DNA of 63,534 bases, the filler included, from Platydemus manokwari (taxonomy: Eukaryota): the NCBI GenBank assembly GCA_037951405.1. It is 5 parts of 5 records of this genome, joined end to end, with 100 filler letters (N's around TTAATTAATTAA, not from the genome) between each part and the next. Parts side by side here need not be neighbours in the genome. Positions count along the whole stretch, not along the records: positions 13,566 to 26,807 come from JBBMOY011789172.1; 4 more parts are not named here. One strand, given 5' to 3'. Every line of letters starts with the position of its first letter. The stretch's first letter is position 1. Shown one piece after another: positions 13,682-26,907 of the stretch. A model generated the notes under the pieces. That model did not search any database. It was not told the origin of the DNA and worked only from the letters and a program-made list of their open reading frames with translations. A program made the translations under genes and the position numbers.

Positions 13682-16600
13682 ACTTTTAGAAATGCTCTTT
13701 TAATTAAATGCCAAAATGAATTTGAAAAAAATTTACCTTATTGTTTTGATGATGATGTTCGCGAGAAATGTTTGGGCAATTTGCGATTTATCGCCGAGTT
13801 GGGTCGCAGTGGTTTGGTGCAGGAGAAAATTCTTCATGAATGTGTCAAGCAGCTTTTGTCCAGTCGATGTAAGACACTGGCAATTAATTCAGCTCCAGAA
13901 CAGCCAGGTAAATATATAGTCGTGATTGGATCGGATCAGTCAATCATTTTTCCTGCATGTAACAGGAACCGGAGAGGTCGAACAAAGATCCTGGAGGTAC
14001 GCTACCAAAGAGTGTCTTTGTCAATTCTTGACACTTGTAGGAAGCTATATGGATAAAAGCGAAAAAGCCAAATCCTTAATGGATCAATATTTTAAACGAA
14101 TTAAACAATTACTAGATTTGGCAATTGAAGCCAAAACGGATACGAATAACAAATACTATCTACCATCAAGAATACGGTTTATGATGGAAGATTTACTGGA
14201 TTTACGAAAGATTAACTGGATTCCACAAAAAGCTGGTCAACGAGTAAATGTAGACGAACCAAAATTGTTGAGTCAGATTCGAGAGGAGTTGATAGTAAGA
14301 TTCTTAATTTAGTTTTTTTAAATCGAGCTTTAAAAATTTCTTACCTGATCATTTTTTATCAATACCAATTTATCATCTTATATTTACCATATCACAATTA
14401 TTATTAAAAGGAAAAATGTACTTGTTCATGTTATTTATCCCTTAGCCTATACAGATTATAATATTCTGCAAAAAATTATTTTGTTGTTTGTGATTTTGAA
14501 TGAACACCTCCAGGAGAGATTGCTAACAGAGATAGTGGATAATTATTTTGACATAGTTTTTGTTTGTATTGAATTGATCCATCTGGATTATTTTTTGCAA
14601 GTGTTTGTAGTCGAGTCAGTTGAAAATATCAACAACTAATCAGTAAACATACATCGTGTTAAAGATCTTAGTCTGGTATGCATCTTATTTTCTTACCGAT
14701 TTCTCAATGTCTCAGCATAATACTCACCTGTCCATATAATCAATAGCTGACCATTTGTAAATCATGAAATTTTATTAAATAGTTCGAAATAAATAATAGG
14801 AACTTTAGTTTTATTATATTTTTAAATTAATTTTTTAGAGATATGAAATATGTTGGAGTAATTTCTATTTATCGTTATGGTTTTGGTAAGAGTTACGATT
14901 TTTCAAATGAATCTTGAAATTTAAAGGAACACGTGACATTATCGTCAACTTATAAAATGCTTCCTTTTGCACGCATTCATGAAATCTGTTAAGTACATAT
15001 GAAGTTGATTGATATCACTTTTAATGCAGACCGATTTACCACCTACTACTGAATATGTTTAGTTGAAATCGATTTCACCTGATACACCAACACGACTAAT
15101 ATCACAAAAGTTATTGAACTTTTATTTATTTAAATTAAAAACCATAACAATTTAGAAACATCTTACAATTCATACAAATCAAAACCAATGGTTTTCAACC
15201 GATATTAAAAAAAAGCACTTGTTTCCGGTTAAATAAAAGAGCAAAACAGGACTTCATTTTCAACAGTTTTTAATTCTAAAAGCATGCTTGTCTTAGGTCA
15301 TTAGAAATGAATATCGAAACTAAACCTAGAAAGGACATTGTCATTCATGCTATCGCCAAACATGGGCATAATGCATTCACGCATATTTAGATGCCCCGGT
15401 ACTTCAAAATAAATGAATTTTAAATATATTTACGAGTATTATTCGTAACCAATTTTAAGAATAAGATGAGTATCGTGGAGTTCCGCGACGTGCTGGATGT
15501 TTGTAACGTGTTGAAGAACTCTGGTCCAGACTGACAGTACTGTTTTGATGATAATAACTGAGCTCGTTTGTATATACTCTAGATCAGTGATATTCACACT
15601 TTTTGTGTTACGAAGTCTAAATTTTTTCGCGACCCCTAAGGAGTAAAATAAAAATAATAAAGTAAATTTTTTTAACACCGAAAAATTAAAATATATTTAA
15701 TAATAACAACAATTTTGGATATTCTGGCATAAAACATCAAATCTTGGCTCTATTTCGGTGATAGCTGGTATCAGTACTAATTCCAGATCTTTAAAATTCG
15801 ATCGATATTTTGTCTTAATATGAGTTAGTGTCAAAAATGAAATTTGCTCGTGACCACCGCTCTTTGACAAACACTGCTTTAGATGATATTGGTGAATTCT
15901 ATTTTATAATTGATGATATATAAAGACAAAGTATTGAAGAATTTCTCAACAATAAAACCGAAAATAAATATTTTATTCGACATTGATAAAGCTTAAATTT
16001 ACATCTAAATAATTCTTATTATTGCGCATTAAGATATTTGAGAAATAGCTAGTTTCGTAATCAAACCATCAATAAATTACACAACTGACTACTTTCTTTT
16101 GAAGCTAAAATCCATAAAAAAATAAATCTAGCTCGGTGAACTAACAGATAAATCAATCAATATATCGAACAACTAAATGTGTAAATGAAGAAAATGAAAA
16201 AAATATTCAATAGAGAAGATTTTTGACATAATTATTGATTTGGAGATTTTTAAATATATCATTCCTCATTTGAAATATTATCGTATATATTTATTTATAT
16301 ACATAGAGGCAGAGATTTAGAATTTAAATCCCATTCCTTTCGGCATTATGTGCTTGTGAACGATTTCTTTTTAATCATCAATTTTTATCTCATTTTTCTG
16401 TACATTTTACTGGGCTAATTAATTGGACCAGAATATATTGGATTTGTGTTACAGTAGTCAACATGTAATTCCATTATATTGACAATTTTGTTCTCCCAAA
16501 ATCATGGGAAATATTTTAAACGATTTCAATTTTCTCCCATCGTATTTGTCGATATATGTGGATGTGATTTATTTAATTAAAACAATTTTTATCATTGTAA

Positions 16601-19600
16601 TAGCTTATCAATTTAAATTATGAGAATTTTATTATTAACATGTTGATGGACACTTGCGTCTATAACCGTTCACTATGTGACATGACGGCAATAGCCGTCT
16701 AAAACGAAACGGTCTTTTTTGTTCAATGCGGCTATAGCGGCACAAATGTGCATTTACCAGCGTACAAATAGAAGACTAGTGTCATGTTTTGGAAACAATT
16801 CTTTCGGTTCACTTTTGTTTTCCACATATTACACAACTTGCAGCTTAAGTACCCATATATAGTGTTAAATTTCGAACTTCATTTGTTCCTACTGTCCGTC
16901 AGTGTGTTAATAATAAAATTTTTGATGAAAATTATTTCATTCTTGACTTGACATCTTTGATAAATGATTATCAAATGGTTGATTTGTTTTATCAGGCACC
17001 GGAAGGTGATGGAAGAATGTTTGCCAGCCAATATAATGATTTGAAAAGACAGGAGAAAAATTGCAAGAGTAATGATCACAAGCAAATGAGTAATGGAGAG
17101 TCCAAGATGTGTAGGGTTTCAGGAATCAACAAAGGATCATACAATAGATCCGAAGAATACCATCCAAATGGTTTAAGTTACGGAAATAAATTTGTTGCGA
17201 AGAACATTAGCAAAACCATAAATAGCGCTGATAATGGTGAGAACGATCAATATTTTCTTGTAACAGTATTTATCGAATACTAGTAGATATGGATTGGAGA
17301 AACAATAAAATTGATGGCAGTTGGCGAAATAAAACCAACGTCGGTACAACTGCTAACAAATCCAAAAAGTTAACGAGTGGAAAAATGACCATTGATGATG
17401 CATGGCGTAAAGATAGTCAACAGGGATCAAATAATTCGAATCAATTGATGAATTTGCCACCAAGAATGAGGAGACGTCTCGAGAATCATGATAAAACCGG
17501 TCAATGCGAATCATTGAACGAAGACAGTGTTCATTCGACGAGTTCCTCCTCCAACAGTACTACCGAATTGTCGAAAATCAATGCCAATATCAACGAAATA
17601 TTCGCACTGAAAAAACCTAAAACGTTATTTGAAGTATGTATTTTCCTTTATAGTATTACTTCTATCTGTTGTATTTATCAATTTTACGATTGAAATTTTT
17701 TATTTAATGATATGAAATTAAAAAAAATACAACTGCGGTTTTATTACTGCAATATTTTATTACATTCAATATTGTTCCAACGGATGGACCGAAAGAATCT
17801 TTTCCTCATGAGCAACGATGAAATAACCATGGAGATTAACATCACATATATATCAAATACATTTTAAAATATTCAAAAATATGTTGAATTACATACGTAT
17901 ATATTCCACTCAATCAATCAATGTTGGTCCATTATGTATTGTTTTTTTTTATTCCACAATAGTGGATTTTTAATTGCTTCCTATTGTTGCTATCGATACG
18001 CCATTATGGGTTTTCATTCCATTGTTTTTATAACTCCAACAGTGACAGCTTGTTATTGAAAATTATTCTCGTTCGCCAATATTTTCATGCTCTGGTAAAT
18101 TTTCTAAATCATTTTTTAACAGCCTATAATTATAAATTGTTCATATATAATAATATATCATAATATTTTGTTCACAAATCTATATATTTTACAAAAAGAA
18201 TTTACTTTCTTTAAAGTATTGGCAGTACAATACAAATTAGAAATTAGCTCAAGTATTTCAACAATCCTTGGACAACCACAATGAATTGGGAATACAGAAA
18301 CAATGGGCAATTTTTTTAAAATAATAAATAGTTCTTGTATAATATAGCAATATAATAGATTTAAATTGTGATCTGCATCCAAGGGTGAATAGTTCAATTC
18401 TCGCACCAAAAATCTTTATCGATGCAATGCTTTCGATCAATAATTGTGTGAAATTCCTATCACATCGAAGAGAAATAAAATTTCCATTTCTGATTAATTT
18501 TATGAATTGATTGTTTATCTTATGATTGTTTAACATTTTTCCAAATGCGTCTGTCACATAATTTTGACAGATTGGTAGAACTTTTTGGTAGTGTTAGCCG
18601 CTTCTATAATTATGAAAGACGCATTGAAATCTAACTGGAAAGTCACTACATCAAATTATCTATTTAAGAACAATTATTTAAACAAATTAATATAATTTTT
18701 TATAAATTAACAAAACATTCCCCTTGATTTAGAATGTTTGATATATTATCTATTTCTTCTCTTAATCTTATATATATCTTCATTTTTTCATGCCATAGAT
18801 TTTCTTAGAATTGAATTCAAATGCGTGGTCGCTATGTAAGTCGCCTATATTTTATGCATTGGAATCTAACTGAAAAGTCACGATATCAAATTATCTATTT
18901 GAGATATTTTGATATCAATTTATAAAACATTTTTCAATTTAAATTTTCAAATTCTCACAGATAGAAAATTTTGAGAATTGATTGAGATGATCGAATCGAA
19001 ATAATCGATTGTGATGATTTTTCTTTGAAATATTATTTGTAAACACTTTTTTCCCGATTATCATTTGCAGAACAATCTGTATTGATTTGGAACGATTTCT
19101 TCACATTGGATGTTTTTATCAGAAATAATATTTGTGTTCTTGCGCTTTAGATTTGAAATATACAAGCTGTGATTTTTATTCTTGATATACTAGAGCTGTA
19201 AATTTTGTCATCCATTTTATTGTCTATTATCGAAATTTGTTCTGTAAACAGTGATCAAGTTGTGTCGTGTATTTGATTATCGAATTGTATCAGCTTATTA
19301 TATGCTATGCGATAAAAGTACTGATGTTTGGAAGAAAGTACTTTCATTTCAAGATTTGATCTTCCTCTTGTCTTAAGATATATAAACTGAGATTTGTAAC
19401 TGTATTAGTCGATAGATTAGTATATTATCAATATTTCAATAAATTTGTGTTACTCAAATGTTATTTTCTATGAAATGATCATAGGGATAAATATTTTTAT
19501 CACTGTTAACCATTATTGACATTTTGCACTGGCAAATTGAGTGACATTTTCCTAGGATTAATTGGTTTTTCCGATTACCATGTTAAAATCAGCAGTTAAA

Positions 19601-22600
19601 AATCTTCACATTTACTTGAATTATTTTTACAGAAAAATTTATGGCAAATACTGTGTGCTTGTATTATAATTTGTGTGTGAGTGCGTGTGTGTGTGTTCAT
19701 GAATATATTATTTTTTTTTTATTTCTCAGCCGGACTATTTGAAGGAAAACAGCAACGGTGATGTATATTTGGGTCCTGTTGATAAATTCCAACGACCTCT
19801 CATTCAAAATAATAACAACTCACTGAAGTCTACTGGAAAGAGTACTAATAATTCGACAAAAAATACAGATTCTGCCAAAACCAATGCCTTGAAATCTGAT
19901 AAATGCATTAATAAATCGGAATTAGCTGAAAAAATTGTTAGTTTATGTTAAATTTTTCTTGTGTGTTTCTTAATGACAAAGTGTTTCTTCAATATGCATT
20001 CTCAATCTGGGTGGGTTTGCATCAGAAACTGCGTCTGTGTTGGTTTGATTATGTCTGAAATAATTTGTTTCTCTACAGATGGACTGGCTAAACTCCAGAG
20101 AAGAAATCAATAATATCTCTATTGCAACTGTAGACGCTATGATAATGTCACTGCTAAACAGCTGTTACCATAACAACCAGATGGAAAATAATATTATGCC
20201 AAAATTGGACGAGGAATTGATTTCTAAAATAATTATCCAATGCTGCTGTAGTAGCAATGACAGTGAGGATGAATTATTTTTTGCAATTAAATCACATTAT
20301 AATTATGAAATCTCGGTGAATTATCGTTCTTGTTTCAGAATCTACCAATCGACTCTGTGAATGGATCGATAAATTAAAAGAACAAAATATCGTATCGAAT
20401 GAATTGATAAAATCATCCATAAAAATGTTGTTAAATCTCGATGAAAAAGATTTGACCGAATTCATGAAAAGAAATCAATCGTTTGAAAATAATTTAGTTG
20501 AACTTTTGGCAAATTTATTATTAAACCACCACAAATATATTGATTTAATAACATTGTCAACATTATTGATTGATACCAATCGATATTTGCTGTTTATTAT
20601 GATTTTGAAGCAAATCAATCAAATCGATTCAACATTAACCGAGCAGATAATTAAAGATTCTGGAATATCGATTTATGCAACAATACCCGGTAATTATTAT
20701 TGATTATCGATTGAATTGGATTAATTTGTTTTTAATAAGCTATTTTTAAAACAATTTATGCAGATATATATCAAATTGATTATTAATGAAATTGCTAAAT
20801 GACAATGATATAGATTGGTTGAAATAATCAGAAATGTGATTAATTGTTTATGTGGTCAGAAATGATTCCAAGACATATATAAGACACCTCTCAACATTGA
20901 ATGATAATTTTGATTGTGTTGAATGACTGCTGAAAGTGATATTTAATACCAATACATTGATAGACGTGTCATATTTCTGACTTGAATAATTATTTATATT
21001 CACATTTATTGAATTCATTATGATAAGCTTTAAATGTCATGCATTACTGACAAATAAGCAGGTCAAGTGTTTCATAATCATAACATATCAGTTGTCGTCA
21101 TGTTTCTGTGAATAATTTCACCATAGTATTCCGGTTTGGAGTGATAGAAATTATTGGTTAATTATGATTGCACAATATTCTATTGGTTGCACTTTCGGAT
21201 TTATTATTATTGATTGTGATCACGTGATCTTTAAGCCTACAAAGAGAATTGAATTCAGTTGATATTTGTGAGTGTGTGTGTGTCTGTGTGTACCTGTGAA
21301 TAATATTATCGGAAATATATCAGCTAGATTGAGTCAGATTTAATATGGGTGTTCTAGCGGTCAAAACATTAGAACAATATATCAAAGCAAAGGTAAGATA
21401 ATTATCAGGAAATACGAAACAATTAAAATTCATTTGTCGATTATTTTGATGATATCAAGATGACTTGTCTAATGAAAATAAGGTGGAGTGAAGATTTTTA
21501 AAATTACGATAAAAAATATTATAAAAATAGGGCTTTTATATATAAACTGATTCTTGGAAAGGTTAGGCAATCGTTCATTGTAGACGAAACAAAAATATTA
21601 AATTAGTTTCGAGAAATAATTATGCCAGACTTCAATTAATTTTTTAATGTTTTTATAAATTTTCTCCAATCTTTATTAGTAATATTATTAAAGATTGATT
21701 AAATAATAAAGTATAACTAAATTTTAATTGGGTTTGTATCATGTGTTAATTAACTTCTAATATTCGCTTTTCACAAAGAATTCATTGTCCACGACGAGTT
21801 TAATGATTTTGGTTTCATTTTCTTCACTATTGGGAAAACGGAATATCGCCGTGTTCCTGTTATTAATTCCTTATCACTTCCCATATAATTATTATGATTT
21901 ATGTTTTTTCGATGATTAAGGCGCGAACGTTGATACATACATACAAATGAGGAAAAATAATTTTTTTGTCGGTTGGGCTTTATTTAAAAATGATGGTCGA
22001 ATAAAAATAGCAATTTATTATAGAAATATTTATTTAAAACATCTAAGCAATCATGAGTCTTCATTTTTGCAGTATCGTTACGTTTATTCGCGATCTCTCA
22101 TTTATTTATTTTTGTTTATTCTGTTCATGGAACATTTCTGATGATGAATTCGTCATTTAGAATAATTCTGAGACGATCAATGACTGAAAATTATAGAAGA
22201 GAAGGAGAAAGAAACTAGAGAATATGTAAAGGATATACAAAAATGGATATAAAGAAGATAGGAAAATTAGAGATTTTTTGTGTAGATAAATATGTAGAGC
22301 ATTCGATAAAGAGATGATTAAGAATTCAAATAAAATCAGAGTTTAAAAAAGGGTGGATGTGAGAATTTTTAAAAATTTGATTCAAATTTTATAAAATCAT
22401 ATTTGTTTGTTTAAATAATCGTATTTAAATATATAACTTGGTGTCGTGACTTTTGAGTTCGTTTCCAATACGTGTTTCATAAAGAAGTAGCGGCTTCATA
22501 AGTCATTAAACCATATCCATCTCTAATATCTAAATCATTATTCATATAATATATCAATCGGTAAATTACTAACAAAGGATAAAATAAAATTTTGTGAATA

Positions 22601-23326
22601 ATTGAGAATTATGATAACATCTCTAAGATTTTGGATGAGAATTTTTTTTGATTCTCTTATCAGATGATAAAATAAATCCTATATCAATTTAATGTTGGAA
22701 ATGGCATAAATATGATTTGTTATTAGAAACAATCAAAACCAATGAGGATGTAATGAAATTATTCCTTGATCCGTTGTTGAAGTGTTTGGTACCTGAATAC
22801 ATATTCCAACAAACCTTAAATAAAATTCTCGACGATTTTGATATCTTCTGCCCTTCATTCCAACAAAGTGACAGTCAGAGACTTTTAAATTGGATTCTTG
22901 AAAATGTTGGCACAGATCGAAAAGCTATGGAATTCACTGTACAATGGTTCATTGAAATTGTTTTCCATCGTTTATTGGAATGTTTTGACTCAAGTAAATC
23001 TGTGAAAGATATTATTGAAACGGAGAAATCGATATGGAAGCATCTTTCTCCTTTGTTTGAAAATTATATATCGACAGACAATTCCGAAAAGGACCAGTTA
23101 ACTATTCTATGTACATTACAACAATTGTGGAATAAAAACAAACAACCTAAAGGTATGTGTGGTCATGATTAAAAGTTTGTTCCAGAATTGATTGTTTTAT
23201 CCAGGTGTTCTTCTCCGCTGTTTTATTTGTTTCTATGATTTGGAATTGATAGACGAACATATCTATTACCAATGGAAAGATGACACTAGAATTAATATCC
23301 CGGAAAAAGGAAAAGCATTATTTGAG
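13682..23326 (+). CDS. EIF4G2: eIF4G2/NAT1/DAP5 translation initiation factor (MIF4G-MA3-W2), partial at both ends
   Basis: Exons 13682-13907, 13966-14294, 16996-17236, 17287-17633, 19730-19936, 20079-20262, 20339-20689, 22727-23152 and 23205-23326 join into 811 open codons. DAP5-type motifs: LGNLRFIAELG, ECLCQFLTLVG, KAKSLMDQYF, LPSRIRF. The W2 end reads PKGVLLRCFICFYDLELIDE...KGKALFE. The 5' exons fall in or before the gap at 13466-13565, and the final exon was not found. Confidence 0.93.
15585..15876. mobile_element. hAT (Charlie/Buster-type) MITE in an eIF4G2 intron
   Basis: CAGTG...CACTG termini, an internal cgcgacccc motif, and an 8-bp TSD ctctagat / ctttagat (one mismatch) that fits the nTCTAGAn target preference. 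Confidence 0.75.
16662..16908. mobile_element. Possible piggyBac-like MITE remnant
   Basis: The left end taaccgttcac...gacggcaatagccgtc includes a 6-bp palindromic stem; the right end is ctgtccgtcagtgtgTTAA. The ends are only loosely complementary. Confidence 0.35.
18592..18960. repeat. Interspersed repeat family A, two tandem core units
   Basis: The core gcattg(a/g)aatctaactg(g/a)aaagtcac...atcaaattatctattt occurs twice about 235 bp apart. Related copies lie at about 4410-4590, 5760-5855, 22375-22500 (inverted) and 56632-56780. Confidence 0.75.
22375..22500. repeat. Interspersed repeat family A copy, inverted
   Basis: gtgtcgtgacttttgagtt...agtagcggctt is the reverse complement of the family core aagccgctact...aaaagtcacgaca. 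Confidence 0.65.
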
Positions 23327-23649
23327 GTTTGTCTGGCTTTATTTATGAAATTATCCCATTTAATAATCCAATGAGAATATCGCAAAGAAATTAATATTTA
23401 TTAAATCTATATTATCAATGCATAATATATTTATAATTATACTATTTTCATGTCTTCGAGTGATATAAGAATTTTTTATTATTATTGTCCAGATAGGAAT
23501 CAAATTTACTGAATTTTGGACTGGTTACTGCAAATAGAAGGCTTGAAATATCAAACAATTCATTGGATAAAATAATATATTCAAATTAAAAAGAATAATT
23601 ATCAATATTAACTATAAAATATCATTATATTTTGTATTTTGAAAATTAT

Positions 23650-23770
23650 AAGAATAATAATTTTGATGATTTTAATAATAATAATAATATTGATGATAAT
23701 AATGGCAGTAATAATAATAATGATAATAATAGTAATATTAACAATAATAATAATAATAATGATAACAATA
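23650..23770. repeat. Degenerate (AAT/GAT)n low-complexity tract
   Basis: Imperfect trinucleotide run; it produces the poly-N and poly-I ORFs in the ORF track. Confidence 0.85.
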
Positions 23771-26700
23771 AAAAAATTAATAATATCAAGTCAGTTGAGG
23801 CAACTCATTGGATTAGGCATGAATGACGAAATATCGGCTGACATACATCAATAAAATTAAAAATTGCATTTCCATCAAATCGTTCCTTTAATATAGATTC
23901 GAGAAATTTGCTCACCGATAATGTAACAGTTATGTGTTTTCTATAATTAAAACAAAATTTAAATATATTTACCAACCAGATTTCATATTACGAATAATTA
24001 TCCATGTCAACATGACATATGTACCGGAGCGTTGATAGATAAATAGGAGAATTCTTATTTAATATATATGTAAATATCATTTCAGCTACAACTCATTGTT
24101 CGAATAAAATGATTCAGTTTATCATTGTGTGAAATTGTTGATTGATTCATGTGTTGTATTAAAATGGATTCGAATACTTTTGCCTGATTCAAATTCACGT
24201 GGCAAAGTTCGTGTGATATTGAGAGACATATTTTCACGTTACTAATATTTGTTTACAATTATATAACAATTATGAACGTTTTCAAATTTTATTCGAGATT
24301 ATCTCGCATATTTTGTCATTTATTTACTTATTGGCTTTTGAGAATAATTGGACTTCAATGGCGGATTGCTGTGTCTTAAACTTCCGCTATTATTAGCATT
24401 ATCTCTTCATTCAGAAAATTGTTATTATATTAAACGATATATGAGATCCTTTGAAATATTTATATTTGGTATTGGATTTTTTCCTTTTTTATTCATATTA
24501 CGATTTTGATTATATTGTTTCATTATTATTTATTATATCTGCGGTATTTCCACTCACGGCAAATAAAACTGATTAAATCGTGAATGATTTCTACTCACTA
24601 CAGATGATTATTATTTATAGAAATGATTCATAATCCCACATGATCATGAATTCAAATAATCAGCAAATCTCCATGAAAACCGGATCGGTTGTCATGGGAT
24701 TATAAGGAAATTCTATTAGAATAATCAGATTGGCATGACATTTCTGTTAAAGAACTCCACTCAGTAGGAATTAGGCATCATATTTATAGATATATATTGG
24801 TTCAAATTGAAAGCACACAGCTAGTATACGATATGATTTTGCTTTTATAAATTAATTAGGAATTTTCTTCTTCAATGCTATCAATTGGCTTAGAGTGCAT
24901 ATGTCCATTATATTAATTCGAATAATTTTATCAATCGGTATAAGATTTACTTCTATGTGCTTTTCAATGGAATAATTTTATCAAATTACTTTATCAAATA
25001 AAGTAAAGCGAATAATTTGTTCTACAATAAAAAATTCATCAAAACCAATGGAAAGTCCAAAGCAAAATTTTATTAACAATAGGATGATTGTTCTCAAGAG
25101 GAATCCAACATAAGTTATACCAGAGTTCTTACAAAACTTTGAGTATTATATTAAAAAAAATATATTATATTTAAAACAGTGTTTTTAAGGCTAGTTCTAA
25201 ATTTCTTTCGTACTACAACTAAATATTGGCTCTCTGAACTAACGTGTCTATATAAACTGGGTGGTATTGACAGACGAAGAAGATAGTAGTGTGAACATAC
25301 GAGCTGGAAGCAAAACAAAACTGGTCACTATAGCAAAGGTGGAAATTCTGAAAATTGATTTCACAAATCCAAAAAAACATGAACTAGATCACTGTGATAA
25401 TAACTTGAAAACATCGTAAATTCATCTGTTAAATTACCGGTTAAGGCATATAATGGAATTCCTAGTTTATATCATTGAAGTTAAATGATTATGATATAAA
25501 TCAATAAAGCATAACAAATAGAGTTCAAATATCTTACAGTGGGTGACAATAAAATATAAACTGAATCACGTAATCAGTTAAGCATCACCACCAAACAATG
25601 AGATGAATATCCACAAGCATTCGGAAACCCAATATAACATAAAAATATGGTGGTTTTCTGAAATCCTTCAAAAACATAAGTATAATTTGGTCAAAATTGT
25701 AGGTAAATTTCCTCACCATTTTACACTCTTGACTGAACGTTCTAATAGAGAAGAAAATAATTACGCGACACATAATAAGTACATTTATTCCAAAAGATAT
25801 GTAATATAATAGAATAAATATTTATTCTCAAGCAATCATATTAAATAATGGACAGTAATGAAACTAAACCGATACTACTACCGCTACCAATTAATACATA
25901 GTCAAGCAATTGATAACATGTTAGCACTCTCATTCGATTTACTGAACGACAATCTAGTAGGAGTAAAGAATATCTATATTTATTATTCCGCGTTGTGAAT
26001 ATATAGAGGGAGATATTCAGTGATCACTCATAAAGCGTGGAAAGTCAACTATTTCCCATTTTAAATGAGAGGATCATTGTTTGATTACCAGAACCCATTG
26101 TAATGTAGCAATTCCAAACACTTGGAATTACTAAGTGATTTGAAATGTTATCAATCAACACGTCATAATAAAAAAATCACCTCTACCATTTTAAAAAAAA
26201 TCAACTATTAACTTGTGAATAGATTCTTCTATCGACATTTATATCTCGGCTCGCATTATCGAAAGTCAATAGTAAACAGATAGTTCATTTTGTGCGATCA
26301 TCTTGGTTAATTATAATGATAAATCATAGTTAATTTCAAAGTAGTCCTAGGATACTACATTTATCATTTTAAGAATAGCCATAATTATTCGGTACAGAAG
26401 AATTATGTCGTCCGGCGATGGTATGAACAGCTCTGCCTCGAGAAATTAAATAAGGTAGTCGGTAGGAAACCCCTTGTTGGTTACAAAGTTGCATTCATTT
26501 TAGAATCGTACAGCATATATCCTGATCAGCAAAAGCAAGATATCTAGACAATTATGGATTTGTCTAATCAAATTAACAAACAGGTCAAACCAAAATTACT
26601 CTTCCTCAAAAACAAGAAGATCGCAAAGGAAATTAAGGAGGTCTACTTCCTATTGTAAAATACATAGCGAGACCAGGTACAGTTTGTAACTACGTCAATG

Positions 26701-26807
26701 CTCGTAGAGAGAAAAATAAAATTGGTCAACGATATACCAGGTTGAGTCAAAAGTTATTCATGTTTTTATGCAGGTATTTTATTAACACAAATTGTTATAA
26801 CGCTGAA

Positions 26808-26907
26808 NNNNNNNNNNNNNNNNNNNNNNNNNNNNNNNNNNNNNNNNNNNNTTAATTAATTAANNNNNNNNNNNNNNNNNNNNNNNNNNNNNNNNNNNNN
26901 NNNNNNN
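26808..26907. other. Assembly gap spacer (N44-TTAATTAATTAA-N44)
   Basis: Same 100-nt construct as 13466-13565. Confidence 0.98.

Noticed and set aside
22664-22692. Apparent in-frame TAA in eIF4G2 if the cag acceptor at 22663 is used
   Set aside because: The tag acceptor at 22726 keeps the frame and gives IPETIKTNEDVMKLF...CLVP, which aligns with DAP5, so this is not evidence of pseudogenisation.
23632-23854. Poly-Asn and poly-Ile ORFs
   Set aside because: By-products of a degenerate AAT microsatellite.
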